Assembly: GCA_963665845.2 (NCBI GenBank)
Contig: OY762492.1
Coordinates: 3,520,001-3,584,000, forward strand
From: Candidatus Poribacteria bacterium
GTDB lineage: Bacteria > Poribacteria > WGA-4E > GCA-2687025
Reading direction: 5' to 3'
Length of the DNA: 64,000 bases
Shown here: positions 8,433 through 18,600 of the stretch, in pieces
How positions within the stretch are numbered: position 1 is the stretch's first letter
How the letters are laid out: every line of letters starts with the position of its first letter
Notes under the pieces: model-generated
Databases searched by the model: none
What the model was told of the DNA's origin: nothing
Seen by the model: only the letters and a program-made list of their open reading frames with translations
Position numbers and translations under genes: made by a program

Positions 8433-11400
8433 CAAGGGTCTACCGCGTAAAATAAGGGCGCATTAAAATCCGGTTCCAACGTGTCCGACATGTAAAACGA
8501 TTCCAGTTGAGGGTTCCTCTCAAAAGGCTCAATGCGGAGGCGGACGGAGCTTCCCGCCTTCCATTGCGCCGAATCAAGCGTCTTGCCGTCCATGGCGACC
8601 CAGTGAACGACGCGCATCTTCGAGGGCGCCGCCGAGCCGTCCAACGCCCGCGCCGATTCATACTCATAAACCGCCAGCGCCTCCCGATACGGCTTGATCT
8701 CCTCTAGTGTCGGCGCGCGGGAGAGATTTGTCAAGGTAGCCTCCACCTCCAGCGGACGAATCGATTCGCGGCTCTCATAAAGACGCCAGTACGCCTCGCT
8801 GTTTTGCCGCGCCTCGGCGGCGTCCATCCAGCGCGAATAGATTGCGGCGCCCTCCAGACGCCCCGACCAGTCGCGCCCGCCGCCCCATTCGTCGCCGAAC
8901 AGGAGCCGCTGCGCTTCCCAGTTTTCAAAACCGCCGCGAACGTTCGTAGTACGCAAAACCTCAACCCCGTCTCGATAGCATACCAGCAAACCCTGCCTAT
9001 ACGTAATTGAGACATGAACAGGCGAATTTTTAGGCAATTCGAACAACGGCGTTTGCGGATTAATCCCGTTCTCCCCTGTCGACGGCGTCCGAAGCCGCAA
9101 AATAAGCCGCCCGCCCTCCTGCCCCAACGTGAAATTGCGCGACGTTGCGCCGCTGGAAAAGGTAACAATACGCGCCGGCCCGAATTGGTCCATCGAGTCG
9201 GTCTGTATAAACGCCTCAATCGTCAACTGATTCGTCCGCTTTGCCGCGTCCAAAAGCCGCTTCGCCGCGCTCTCGTCGGCTAAAAACGCCCCGCCCGACA
9301 GCGCCATCCCATACGCGCCTGTCAAACGCCCCTTCCCTGTCGGTTTGAGGACGCATGCGCTGTTGCCGATAAGATTGTCCGCCTTGTCGGTCTGCCAAAT
9401 AAATTGAAGGCCGGCGCGGCTCGCCGGCCAAGGCGTCGGGTTCTCCGCAAAACGCCGCTCGCGCAGCGCCTTAAAGTCGCGCCAGCTGCGCCGCGCCTCC
9501 TCAGCGGACAACGCCCGGCTGTGTGCCGCAAACGCCTCCACAACGCCGTTCCATCGGCGGTTTCCGTCCGCCTCGTCGCCCAGCAAAAAGTAATGGTCAG
9601 TCCACGCCTTCAGATCGCCTTTCAGCGCCGTTGTCTGAAACGCCTTCTCGCCGTCACGGTAGGCAGTCAATTGCCCGTTGCGGTACGCCGCGACGACATG
9701 GACGGTCTCGTACGCCTTCAGCGGAAACAGCGCGAACTCGCGGTAGCCGCCGCTTTCCGCTGTCGTTTCGGAGGTGCGCAGACGAAGGATGAGCTGGGCG
9801 TTCTGTTGACCGAGCGTGAAGTTGCGCGCCGACGCGGTGCTTGAAAAGGTAACGATACGGGCAGGACCGCTCTGGTCAAGCCGATCGGTCCGAAACACCG
9901 CCTCTATCGACATCTCTCCAGACGCGCGGCATGCTTTCAAAAGAGCGGCCGCGGCAGTCGGAAAACGAGCCGAGCCGCCTGAAAACTCCAAGGAACCGTC
10001 CCAGCCCTCTTGGACCGCGCCTTCGCGCTTCATTTCATGCGTTCCCGCGGACGCCTCGCCCGACGACCATGAAACGACCGCGGCGTCCGCATCGACCGGC
10101 CAAGCGGGCGGACGAACCGCAATGCGCAGCGGCTCCATCTCGTTCGGGCTTTGCGCCAAATCCTTCGCGCCCGACAAGATCAACGTATCTGTCGACTCCA
10201 CCGGCTCCCGAAGCGTCAACGCCGCCGCGTCCGCGCCGACCGCCGTCACCGACTCGATCTCCACCCCAGACGCCAGCGACGCCTTAAAACGGCTCAAATC
10301 AACCGGCTCGCTGAACTGAACCCGCGCAAGCCGCTTCGATGGAAGCGACGCATCCTTTACATACGGAATGGTGCGCGGCTCCGCCTTGACGCGCCCGCGG
10401 TAGGTCTCTTCGCCGTCTGCCGCCGACACCTCATATTCGCCTGCTTCTTTGTAGATATAGGAGACGCTTGAACCGCGCAAACGGGTCCCATCCCCCATAT
10501 CCCACGCGGCGCCCTTCGAAACGCCTTCAGGCGCCAACTCCACCCGCAGCGGAACCTCCCCCTCCGCCCTGCCCAACTCCAAACCGCGCAGATACACATC
10601 GGGGAAACGATCCGCGGCGCCGTCAAACGTATAGCGCGCCGGCTCGCCCATCAGCTCCAGCGTTTCAGGGTCGATGCGGGAGATAAAGATGTCGTAATCG
10701 GAGCGGAAATGGTCATGCTGATTGGGAGACGCGCCGAACGCGATCAGGTCGGAGCGGTCGGAGATCATCGGAAAGTAGATGTAGCTGCGCTCCGCCGGCA
10801 AACGGCTGTCATTTTTATAGAGGATCGCTTCCACGGCGCCCGTTTCAAGATGGATGCGGTTGACGGGTCCGCCCGCGCCAGCCATCCAGTACCCCCAGAC
10901 GCCGTCGCGCGTGAAGTAGGGCTGACAGCCGCCGCGGTGTTTTCGGCGGGAGATCTGCTTGCTGCTCAAATCATAGGGGGAAAACTCTGGGCGGCCGGGC
11001 GTCGCATGCGTCAAGGAGGCGTTGATGAGCATACCGAACTCTTTTTGCGGCTCGGAGGTGAGGCGCAGATTGCTGTCCGTTTTCAGATTCATCTGATAGG
11101 TATGCCCGTCGCCGCCGATGTAGATAAATTCGTCGGGGCTGATCCAGACGGCGGCGCGGTCCTCAAAATAAGCGCGCGCGTTCTCAACGAGAACCCGATC
11201 CCGCCCTGTCTCGATATGGAACAGACGCAGCGGAACCTTGATGTTGTGCAGTTCGGGCTTGCCGTGGAGGTTCTTGTCGTAGCTGTTTCGCCCTTTCGGG
11301 TAGCTCAAGTAAAGAAGCCGCTTGCCGTCGGGAGAGACATGCGGGCAAAAGTGGTCGCGCCCGTTTTCATCAGGGACCAGCTGGCGCAGACCGCTCCCGT

Positions 11401-11593
11401 CCAGGTTGCGCATCCAGATGCGCCAAGCGCCGGTTCGGCTCGATTCCCACACGACAAAGCCGTCGCCGAGCTGCGCGATCTCTTTCCATGCCGCTTTTTC
11501 GCCGGCGGTCTGCGCCTCCGCCCCGCCCAGAAAGGCGGTCCCAAAAAGGAAATATCCCAAAGCAGACAACAGAGATAACCGACGAGAACTCAT
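8432..11593 (-). CDS. Secreted multidomain protein: TolB/PD40-like propeller, PKD, Ig-like, two LamG/ConA-like domains and the shared C-terminal domain
   Basis: Signal peptide; WESSRTG.W.IW....DG and SPDGK (PD40-like); WDMGDGT...Y.EAGEYEV (PKD); VQFSEPVD (Ig-like); two copies of GPARIVTFS....RNFTLGQ....LILRLRT (LamG-like). The start may extend to 11635. Confidence 0.8.
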   Translation of the reverse strand: MSSRRLSLLSALGYFLFGTAFLGGAEAQTAGEKAAWKEIAQLGDGFVVWESSRTGAWRIWMRNLDGSGLRQLVPDENGRDHFCPHVSPDGKRLLYLSYPKGRNSYDKNLHGKPELHNIKVPLRLFHIETGRDRVLVENARAYFEDRAAVWISPDEFIYIGGDGHTYQMNLKTDSNLRLTSEPQKEFGMLINASLTHATPGRPEFSPYDLSSKQISRRKHRGGCQPYFTRDGVWGYWMAGAGGPVNRIHLETGAVEAILYKNDSRLPAERSYIYFPMISDRSDLIAFGASPNQHDHFRSDYDIFISRIDPETLELMGEPARYTFDGAADRFPDVYLRGLELGRAEGEVPLRVELAPEGVSKGAAWDMGDGTRLRGSSVSYIYKEAGEYEVSAADGEETYRGRVKAEPRTIPYVKDASLPSKRLARVQFSEPVDLSRFKASLASGVEIESVTAVGADAAALTLREPVESTDTLILSGAKDLAQSPNEMEPLRIAVRPPAWPVDADAAVVSWSSGEASAGTHEMKREGAVQEGWDGSLEFSGGSARFPTAAAALLKACRASGEMSIEAVFRTDRLDQSGPARIVTFSSTASARNFTLGQQNAQLILRLRTSETTAESGGYREFALFPLKAYETVHVVAAYRNGQLTAYRDGEKAFQTTALKGDLKAWTDHYFLLGDEADGNRRWNGVVEAFAAHSRALSAEEARRSWRDFKALRERRFAENPTPWPASRAGLQFIWQTDKADNLIGNSACVLKPTGKGRLTGAYGMALSGGAFLADESAAKRLLDAAKRTNQLTIEAFIQTDSMDQFGPARIVTFSSGATSRNFTLGQEGGRLILRLRTPSTGENGINPQTPLFELPKNSPVHVSITYRQGLLVCYRDGVEVLRTTNVRGGFENWEAQRLLFGDEWGGGRDWSGRLEGAAIYSRWMDAAEARQNSEAYWRLYESRESIRPLEVEATLTNLSRAPTLEEIKPYREALAVYEYESARALDGSAAPSKMRVVHWVAMDGKTLDSAQWKAGSSVRLRIEPFERNPQLESFYMSDTLEPDFNAPLFYAVDP

Positions 11594-11740
11594 GGGCGAA
11601 GCCTTCCGCATTCCGTATCCGCATGAATCATACACTATAGCCCCGCCGGCTGATGTTATATGTTTATGAAATCAGAATAAAAAACGCCCCTGCAATGCGC
11701 CTCTCTTGTTAACGATGTCCAGAATCGAATGCGAAGTTAT

Positions 11741-11907
11741 CTGACCTCATGCTGAAAGTCGGGACATTTGAACTGACAATCGCTCTATTCACGGGAAAAG
11801 GCGCCGCCAACCAGACCGTCATTCCCGCGTAAGCGGAAATCCAGAGGCGGCGAAGAAAACGTCCGCGTTCGCATGCCGACATGTCCTAACTTAAGGCGCG
11901 AGGTCAG
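11741..11907 (+). mobile_element. MITE-like element copy 3
   Basis: CTGACCTCATGCTGAAAGTCGGGACAT and ATGTCCTAACTTAAGGCGCGAGGTCAG match at 20 of 27 positions as an inverted pair. Flanks are GAAGTTAT (11733-11740) and GAAGTTAC (11908-11915). Confidence 0.8.
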
Positions 11908-11911
11908 GAAG

Positions 11912-12463
11912 TTACAGCTTCACAATGCGAAAATCCTCAAACCGTATCCAATGCTCGGCGTCCGGCGGGCCGTTGTAACACTGTATGCTGACCTGATCGG
12001 CGTCCGGCGCGGGCAGGGCGCCTTCTGCCGCCGTTTGAAATTCGGTCTCGCCTTCCGGGCGAAAGGTCGCTTCCCACGAATCCGCCGTCACAATCAGGCG
12101 CAGGCGAACGCTTTTTGTCCGCATGGAGACATGACCGGGGATGATCCAGAGATCGCCGTTGATCAGTTCCTTCACGATTTTAAAGACGGGGCGTCCGCCG
12201 CAATACCATGTGATGCCCGCCTGCTCGTACTGCTGAATCGGCAAGGTGTGGTTCATGACGGTTATTTCGATGGCGAAGGCGCCTTCGTTTCGGTCCGGCG
12301 CGGGGCGGCAAAGCGCGTTGATGACCGTGTCGGCGACGCCAGGCTCCACCCGTATCTCCAAGCCCCCGCCCTCCGCGAGGCGCCAATGGTCAGGGTTTTC
12401 GCGCAGCCATGTCCAGCCGTCTCCCAGCTGTCCGTCAAATGCGTCTTCAAAAATCGTTTCCAT
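11912..12463 (-). CDS. DUF1349 / concanavalin-A-like beta-sandwich protein
   Basis: FEDAFDGQL...WTWLRE...W, QYEQAGI and WIRFEDFRI. Start placed at METIF. Confidence 0.65.
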   Translation of the reverse strand: METIFEDAFDGQLGDGWTWLRENPDHWRLAEGGGLEIRVEPGVADTVINALCRPAPDRNEGAFAIEITVMNHTLPIQQYEQAGITWYCGGRPVFKIVKELINGDLWIIPGHVSMRTKSVRLRLIVTADSWEATFRPEGETEFQTAAEGALPAPDADQVSIQCYNGPPDAEHWIRFEDFRIVKL

Positions 12464-12571
12464 GCATTCCGTCCTCTTGTGTGGGTTCCGCGCCTTCATG
12501 ATACATCAAAGCGCGCCTGAATAGTAGCGCCTATCTTCTTGCGGCAGTCTCTATATTCCGCTCGCGGCGAA

Positions 12572-12745
12572 AACCCCCCAGCCCCCCTTTTCAAGGGGGG
12601 AGTCCAGAAACCCCGCGCCCCCTCTTCGTCATTCCGCCCCACTCCTCGTCATTCCCGCCCCCTCTTCGTCATTCCCGCCCCCTCCTCGTCATTCCCGCCC
12701 CCTCCTCGTCATTCCCGCGTAAGCGGGAATCTTAGGCGCCACAGG
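12572..12745 (+). repeat. Hairpin repeat, four 20-bp tandem REP-half units and a full REP
   Basis: CCCCCTTTTCAAGGGGG near 12583-12600; units at 12628, 12648, 12668 and 12688; REP at 12708-12732. Confidence 0.9.
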
Positions 12746-12794
12746 CGCCGTCCGCATTCACATTGGGACTGAAAAGGACGGAGAAAATAAATGT

Positions 12795-12868
12795 TGGTTG
12801 GCCGGGTAGGATTCGAACCTACGATCGCGGGTCCAAAGCCCGCTGCCTTGCCGCTTGGCCACCGGCCA
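12795..12868 (-). tRNA. tRNA-Gln (UUG), CCA encoded
   Basis: Acceptor stem TGGCCGG/CCGGCCA, anticodon arm GCGGG-CTTTGGA-CCCGC, T arm GTAGG-TTCGAAT-CCTAC and a 3' ACCA. It follows ispE, a common arrangement. Confidence 0.96.
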
Positions 12869-12880
12869 ACATCGGACTGC

Positions 12881-13756
12881 TCAACGCCTCGGCGGCCAGA
12901 ACGCGCTCGCTTCCGCAAACGGATAAAATCCCTGCAGAGCCTTCAAGGCGCCGTCGCGCTGCGCCTCCGTCTTGAAGACGCCGAAAACCGTCCCGCCTGT
13001 TCCGCTCATAAGGGCGGCGGCGCCGAAACTGCGGAGCCTGTCCCGCGCCTCGCGTATCTGCGGAAAACGTTTGAAGACAGACGCCTCAAAACCGTTTCGC
13101 GCGGCTCCCGTCTTGAACGGGTCGTCAAGCCATCCGTTTCTTATATTAACCCGTTCTAGAAACGGCGGCAAGTTAAAAGAGCCGAGAGGAGGGGCGTTCA
13201 GCGCCGCATACGCCTCGCCCGTATGTACCTGCGCGCCAGGATTGATCAGCAGAAGCGGACGCCTCGGCAGGGGCGGAAGCGGACGAAGGCGGGCGCCGAC
13301 CCCTTCTCCAGAGGCGCATCCGCCGGCGACGCAGAACGGAACATCCGCGCCGAGCGATCTGCCCATCCGCGCGAGAACATCTTTCGGGTAACGGGTTTCG
13401 CACAGCGCGTTCAATCCGACCAAGACAGCCGCCGCGTCCGCGCTTCCGCCGCCGAGTCCGCCGCCGACAGGAATCCGTTTCATGATGCGGATATGAACGC
13501 CGCCGCTGACTCCCGTAAACCGAAAAAACAGGCGCGCCGCTTGACAGGCGAGGTTGCGGTCGTCTGTCGGGATGTCCGCGCCGGCGCATTCCGCCGACAC
13601 GCCGCGCCTGCGCAGCTCCAGCTCAACATCGTCCGCCAGCTCTATCGAGTGCAGTATCGTCTGGACGGCATGGAGTCCGCTTGGGAGCTTGCCGAGAATC
13701 TCAAGGTACAGGTTGATCTTCGCCCTCGCTTGGAGGCTCAATCGGGTCGCCTTCAT
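12881..13756 (-). CDS. ispE: 4-diphosphocytidyl-2-C-methyl-D-erythritol kinase
   Basis: AKINLYL, KRIPVGGGLGGGSADAA, LGADVPF and MSGTG. Confidence 0.95.
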   Translation of the reverse strand: MKATRLSLQARAKINLYLEILGKLPSGLHAVQTILHSIELADDVELELRRRGVSAECAGADIPTDDRNLACQAARLFFRFTGVSGGVHIRIMKRIPVGGGLGGGSADAAAVLVGLNALCETRYPKDVLARMGRSLGADVPFCVAGGCASGEGVGARLRPLPPLPRRPLLLINPGAQVHTGEAYAALNAPPLGSFNLPPFLERVNIRNGWLDDPFKTGAARNGFEASVFKRFPQIREARDRLRSFGAAALMSGTGGTVFGVFKTEAQRDGALKALQGFYPFAEASAFWPPRR

Positions 13757-14552
13757 CGTTCACCCATATCGTTTTTGCGCGGGGGGGAAGCCGATGCCGA
13801 AACATCAACGGGTTGATCTCCGCGTTCACCTCCGGATCGGTCGCGTGGAAACGCATGCTCACCTGTTCTGGTTTGCGCTCTATGGAGACGTCCATCGGGC
13901 GGAGAAGTCCGCCGACGCTTCGGTAATTCCAAAAGCGGATGGCAAGCGTCTCCCCGCCGTCTGCGGCGCGCTGCTTCCACTCCGAGACGACCGGCTCCCC
14001 TTTGATCCATTTAAGCCGTATCTCCTCCTCGCCGCCGGTCGATTCCATCGGGCGTATCAGGACGGCTTCATCATCCGATCTGCGCAGATTTCCGTCGGTG
14101 AACGGCGCGCCGACAAACGGGTTGGCGGCAATGGCGCGCCGTATGTCAGAGACGCGCACATCCATTTCAAACAGCCGCTTCAAACGGGCGTCGCTCAACG
14201 GACCGCGCACTGCAGTATTGGAGCGGACATAGATCTCCGTCAGCTTCCCCTCCGACGCGACCATGACCGCGACGGGCGAACCGAAAGGATCCAGCGCGCT
14301 GAATCGAAACGAATCGGGCTTGTGAAAATGCAGTAAAGCGCGCGCCTCCTGCGATCCGCTGGGATCGTTCACCTTGACCGTCATCTGCGTACGCATGGAG
14401 TCCATCTGCCGCCATCGGACGTTCAGATCGTCAAGCGCGTCCCGAAACGCTTCGCGCTCCATCGGCGCGAAGACCGCCCCGCCGCCGCATCCGTTCGCCG
14501 CCGCGAAGAGCGCAGCCAAAAAGATGTGCGCCAAGCCCCGAACCGCCTTCAT
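13701..14552 (-). CDS. LolA/LolB-fold lipoprotein (DUF4292-like)
   Basis: Lipobox-like AANGC; KPDSFRF...DPFG; sits in the position lolB usually occupies upstream of ispE. Start uncertain (14552-14597). Confidence 0.6.
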   Translation of the reverse strand: MKAVRGLAHIFLAALFAAANGCGGGAVFAPMEREAFRDALDDLNVRWRQMDSMRTQMTVKVNDPSGSQEARALLHFHKPDSFRFSALDPFGSPVAVMVASEGKLTEIYVRSNTAVRGPLSDARLKRLFEMDVRVSDIRRAIAANPFVGAPFTDGNLRRSDDEAVLIRPMESTGGEEEIRLKWIKGEPVVSEWKQRAADGGETLAIRFWNYRSVGGLLRPMDVSIERKPEQVSMRFHATDPEVNAEINPLMFRHRLPPRAKTIWVNDEGDPIEPPSEGEDQPVP

Positions 14553-14562
14553 CCGCGTTGTT

Positions 14563-15267
14563 TCAATCCTCCGCAATGCCATACGCTTCCACCTCATGCA
14601 GACGAATGGTTCCTTTCACATAAAATTCATGTCGGCCGTACGCTCTGAACACATCCTGTTTTTGGGAGCCGTTGACCCAGAGAACGGCGGCGCGCAGATA
14701 CTGCGTTTCGACAGGGTCGAACGACACGGCGAGACGGGGGAGTCGGTTGCCGCGCGTCTCGCCCGCGTTCACCCAGACGCTCTGGGCGTCGTCCCAATAC
14801 TGAACTAGAACGTCCCGAACGCCGAAGCGGGTGGCGGGGTAACGCTCCGTGTCGACCGAATGCAGAACGACGCGCGCCGCCTTTCTCGGTTGGTCAAAAC
14901 GTATCATGACCCAGCCGAAAGCGGCGTACTCCTTGCCGAGGCGGTAGTTTCGGCGCAGCCCCCGCCATTCAAACGGCTCCGCCGCCGCGTTCGCGTCGAT
15001 CTCAACATTGAACAGGCGGCGCCGTTCCAACGCGCCGTCAAAGACCCATTCCCAGCCGGCGGCGGGCGACCATTCCTCCGCCGAAACAACGCCGTCTGTC
15101 AACGCGGCGGGATCGAACCCCTCCTCCCATGAGGAGACGGCGACCGTCGTTCCCGGCAAAAGCGTCAGGTTGACAAGTTGAGGAGGGGGCTGAAACAGCG
15201 CCGTTTGAGAGCCGCAGCCCGCGCAAACGATCCATACCGCCAACATCCATCGTACCATTCTCCACAT
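14563..15267 (-). CDS. Lipoprotein with a discoidin/F5-8 type C-like domain
   Basis: IVCAGC lipobox; VSS.......ALTDG, W.MIRFDQP, VQYWD....W, FDPVETQYLR and EVEAY. Confidence 0.65.
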   Translation of the reverse strand: MWRMVRWMLAVWIVCAGCGSQTALFQPPPQLVNLTLLPGTTVAVSSWEEGFDPAALTDGVVSAEEWSPAAGWEWVFDGALERRRLFNVEIDANAAAEPFEWRGLRRNYRLGKEYAAFGWVMIRFDQPRKAARVVLHSVDTERYPATRFGVRDVLVQYWDDAQSVWVNAGETRGNRLPRLAVSFDPVETQYLRAAVLWVNGSQKQDVFRAYGRHEFYVKGTIRLHEVEAYGIAED

Positions 15268-15282
15268 GTTCAAGTCCCCTGT

Positions 15283-18200
15283 TCATTCTTCGTCGACTTG
15301 GCGGCGCGCGGTGTGAAACGCCGATGTCGGCTTTCCGTTGACAAAGGCGACCGCGGCGCCCGTCAATTGCGGGCATTCCAGCAGGCGCAGCGCCGCTTCC
15401 GCCGCCAAGCGCGCCGCTTCATGAAGATCGACTGAACCGCTGTAAATTACAACCGCCGCCGCCAGCGGCGCCTCTTCGCCCATCATGAGCGCGTCGATCT
15501 GGTCTATTGAGCCGTCGGACGAGTCGGCGTTTGGGAAAGCCAAGTTCGTCAGAATTTCGGCGTCGGGATACTCCTTTTGGAGCAGGTTTTTTATTAAGAC
15601 GGCGCGGCGGGCGGCTCGAACCGCTTCTTTTTGGGTTGAGTCGGCGGAGCCGCGGCCCAAATACGCTTCAGCGCGCTCCGTCAGCGATTCTTCATCCATG
15701 CCGTCCACGGCCAGCGGAAACAGAAAACGGCCTAATTCGATTGGACGGCTGTCGGTCGGCGAATCGTCCGGCGGGGCGCAGCGCTCCCAGACAGCGTCCG
15801 CGTCAAAGTCGACAGGGTCTTTGACCTGTATGGGTTGAAGCGGGGCGGCGGCGTCTCCTTTTGACAGATCGTAGACATCCACATACTCCTCCGGGTCCCA
15901 TCTGCTTAAAATGGATTCAATCCAGTCTGTCCAGCAGTTGCCCGCCTCGACGCTTTGCGGCGGCTTTTCTTTTTCGCGGGTGAAGAGGACAAGCCGCTCC
16001 TTCGCGCGCGTGAACGCCACATAAAGCAGCCGTTTCTCTTCCGCCCTTGTCCGCTTCCGGTTTTCGATCTCCAGCGCTTCCCACATGAACGGCTGGGGCG
16101 CGTTTTTTTCTTCAGGGTCTAAGGTTATTTTTACGGCGGCTTCGAACTCGTCCCGCCCGCCGAAACCAGGGAGGCGCCCAACCGCGACGCCCGCCCAGTT
16201 GCTCGTCGCATCGATACGGTACTGGAATCGAGCGTCCATGTCCGGCAGGATGACGACGGGCCATTCCAACCCTTTGGCGCGGTGGACCGTCAGCAGCTGA
16301 ATGCTTCCCCCGTCGGGCAGGTCGGCGTCCCCGGCGTCTGAAAAGCCGGCGTCCAGCGCGTCCAGATACCGCATGAAATCGACCAGCGCGCCGGAGCCGA
16401 CCGATTCCCAGTCGCGCGCAAAATCGATGAACTTTTCAACGTTCAGGACGCGCTGCTGTCCCAGAACGCCCATCGCCATCGGCGCGTACATGCCCGATTC
16501 TTCGATGACTGCCGTTAGCGTGTCCGCGACGCCGGACGCGCGCGACGTCTCCGTCCACCGAGAAAGAAGCGCCTGCGCCTTCCGCAGAGCCGCCGCGTCC
16601 TCTTCAGACAACTCGTTCAGCTCAGCGGGGTCTGACAAACGCTCCAAGCGGATCCGCAGCCGCCCCCTGGAAGACTCGCTCAAAAACAGCAAACCTTCGT
16701 CGCTGCATCCGATGAGAGGCGAGCGCAGAAAGCCGGCAAACGCGATCTCATCCGCCGGGTCGTTGATGACGCGGAGCGCGTTGCGCAGGTCGCGTATCTC
16801 CTGCCGTTGAAAAAAACCGCGCCCGCGCGACGCCGTAAAGGAAATGCCGCGCCGAAGCAGCGCGTCCTCATACAGCCGCTGGTGCGTTGAACGTCTGAAC
16901 AGAACAGCGATGGCCGGTTCGGAGGCGGCAATGCGGTCGGCGATGCCGGGGAATTTGTCCTCTTGCCGCCCTTCAGAGATCTCCTGGATCAGTTCGGCGA
17001 CAGCGTCCGCCTCGCGCGCGCGCGTTTTCTCCTTTTCGTCAGGCAAGACGAAGCGAAAGACGCATCCGCCTTCTTGGAGGGGCGCGCCTTCTTTGGGCGA
17101 AGTCGGGGCGTCTCCCGCGCGCAAAGACTGCGCCTCCGCCTCATAAGAGGCGCCGCCGGTCAAGAGCGAACTGAAGAAGCGGTTGAAGAAAAGGATCAGG
17201 TTCGGAAGCGAGCGGAAATTCGCGGTCAAGTTCAACTCGGCGCTCGGATCGAACTCGGCGCGCGCTTGAGAGAACAGGTCCACCTCGCCCCCTCGGAAGG
17301 AGTAGATCGCCTGTTTTTCGTCGCCGACGATGAACAGCTTGCCGGCGTCCGCGACGGAGCCGTCCGCGTCGGTTCCGAGATGTTTGAAGATGTCCCATTG
17401 CCGCCGGTTCGTGTCTTGAAACTCGTCAATGAAAACGGCGCGGAACAGCTCCCGAAAGGCGCGCAGCCCCTCCGGGTGATCAATCAAACCGTGAGCCAGC
17501 CCTTCAAGGTCGTTGAAATCAAGCGCGTTCTGAATGCGCTTTCGCCGGCTGTACAGTTCTCCGCCCGCGTCCGCCAGTTTTGCCAGCGACTTGAGCGTTT
17601 CCAGCGCTTCGCGCTCTAGCTCCTCGTCCCAGGCAAGCTCCAGCGACGGCTCCGCTTCAACCAGCTCGGCGTATTCGTTCATGAGGGCGCGCAGCCGCTC
17701 TAGGGTTTCTTTTCCCCAGAAAGCGGCGCTGCCGACGCGGCCAAAGCTCCGCGCTTTGCCGGAGGCTGTTGTGAACAGCTCGCGGATGCGTACCGAGTCC
17801 CGCTTCTCTGTTGCCTCCAGCATGTTGGCGCGCTGTTCAGCCATCTTGTCCGCTCCGTCCTTGGGCGGAGGGCAGTTTTCAACGGCGCGCGTCAGTTTAA
17901 CAACCAGCGCCGATTTGAAAAACTCCTCTTTAAGATTGGAGACATACTGCTCCGCGTCGGCGCGGTAGGCGTCCAGCAGCGCGTCTATATCGGTCGTCAA
18001 AAAACGATTCATCCACGGCTGCAGATCGTAACGCCTTTCGATCAACGCTTTCGCCGCGGAGCCGACCAGCGTTCTCCGCCGGCGATGCATGAGCCAGCGC
18101 TGCAGATCGTCCCGCAGCTCCGCGTTCGGAGTGAACGCTGTTTCGTCTAAGATGCGGTCAACGGAGCGAAGCAGCAGCGTGTCCGCCTCAAAGCCTTCGA

Positions 18201-18600
18201 TGACGCGGTATTCTCGGTCGACGCCGGGGTCGTTGCCCGCGCCGGGGACAAGGTTCGGAAAACGGCGCAGGATCTTCGCAAAAAACGAATGCATCGTGGA
18301 AACGAAGTTGTCCGAATAGTTTTCTTTCAGGGAGGTGAGCCGCTCTAGGCGCGCGCCTTCCGCCGTTTCCATTTCGCTCATGACCGCGCGGTAGATGCGT
18401 CCGCGTATTTCGCTGGCGGCTTCCTCGTTGAAAGCAAGCACGAGAGCCTGCTCAATGCGTTCAAATCCGGTCAAGAGACGGATGATGCGATCTGTCATGG
18501 CGCGCGTCTTGCCGGTTCCGGCGCCTGCCGTCACGGCGACCGCCCCTGGCCGTTCGACCGTCTCCCGCTGCTCTTTTGTGAGGGCGAATTTAGCCGCCAT
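15283..18600 (-). CDS. addA: AddA/UvrD-type SF1 helicase subunit
   Basis: AGAGTGKT, TMHSF, IDEFQDTN, VGDEKQAIYSFRG, NFRS, TVHRAKGLEW and LYVAFTRAKE. The start is ATG 18600 (MAAKF), overlapping the end of addB. Confidence 0.85.
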   Translation of the reverse strand: MAAKFALTKEQRETVERPGAVAVTAGAGTGKTRAMTDRIIRLLTGFERIEQALVLAFNEEAASEIRGRIYRAVMSEMETAEGARLERLTSLKENYSDNFVSTMHSFFAKILRRFPNLVPGAGNDPGVDREYRVIEGFEADTLLLRSVDRILDETAFTPNAELRDDLQRWLMHRRRRTLVGSAAKALIERRYDLQPWMNRFLTTDIDALLDAYRADAEQYVSNLKEEFFKSALVVKLTRAVENCPPPKDGADKMAEQRANMLEATEKRDSVRIRELFTTASGKARSFGRVGSAAFWGKETLERLRALMNEYAELVEAEPSLELAWDEELEREALETLKSLAKLADAGGELYSRRKRIQNALDFNDLEGLAHGLIDHPEGLRAFRELFRAVFIDEFQDTNRRQWDIFKHLGTDADGSVADAGKLFIVGDEKQAIYSFRGGEVDLFSQARAEFDPSAELNLTANFRSLPNLILFFNRFFSSLLTGGASYEAEAQSLRAGDAPTSPKEGAPLQEGGCVFRFVLPDEKEKTRAREADAVAELIQEISEGRQEDKFPGIADRIAASEPAIAVLFRRSTHQRLYEDALLRRGISFTASRGRGFFQRQEIRDLRNALRVINDPADEIAFAGFLRSPLIGCSDEGLLFLSESSRGRLRIRLERLSDPAELNELSEEDAAALRKAQALLSRWTETSRASGVADTLTAVIEESGMYAPMAMGVLGQQRVLNVEKFIDFARDWESVGSGALVDFMRYLDALDAGFSDAGDADLPDGGSIQLLTVHRAKGLEWPVVILPDMDARFQYRIDATSNWAGVAVGRLPGFGGRDEFEAAVKITLDPEEKNAPQPFMWEALEIENRKRTRAEEKRLLYVAFTRAKERLVLFTREKEKPPQSVEAGNCWTDWIESILSRWDPEEYVDVYDLSKGDAAAPLQPIQVKDPVDFDADAVWERCAPPDDSPTDSRPIELGRFLFPLAVDGMDEESLTERAEAYLGRGSADSTQKEAVRAARRAVLIKNLLQKEYPDAEILTNLAFPNADSSDGSIDQIDALMMGEEAPLAAAVVIYSGSVDLHEAARLAAEAALRLLECPQLTGAAVAFVNGKPTSAFHTARRQVDEE

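Noticed and set aside
11700-12868. Genomic island integrated at the tRNA-Gln 3' end
   Set aside because: I found no duplicate of the tRNA 3' end and no integrase in the window.
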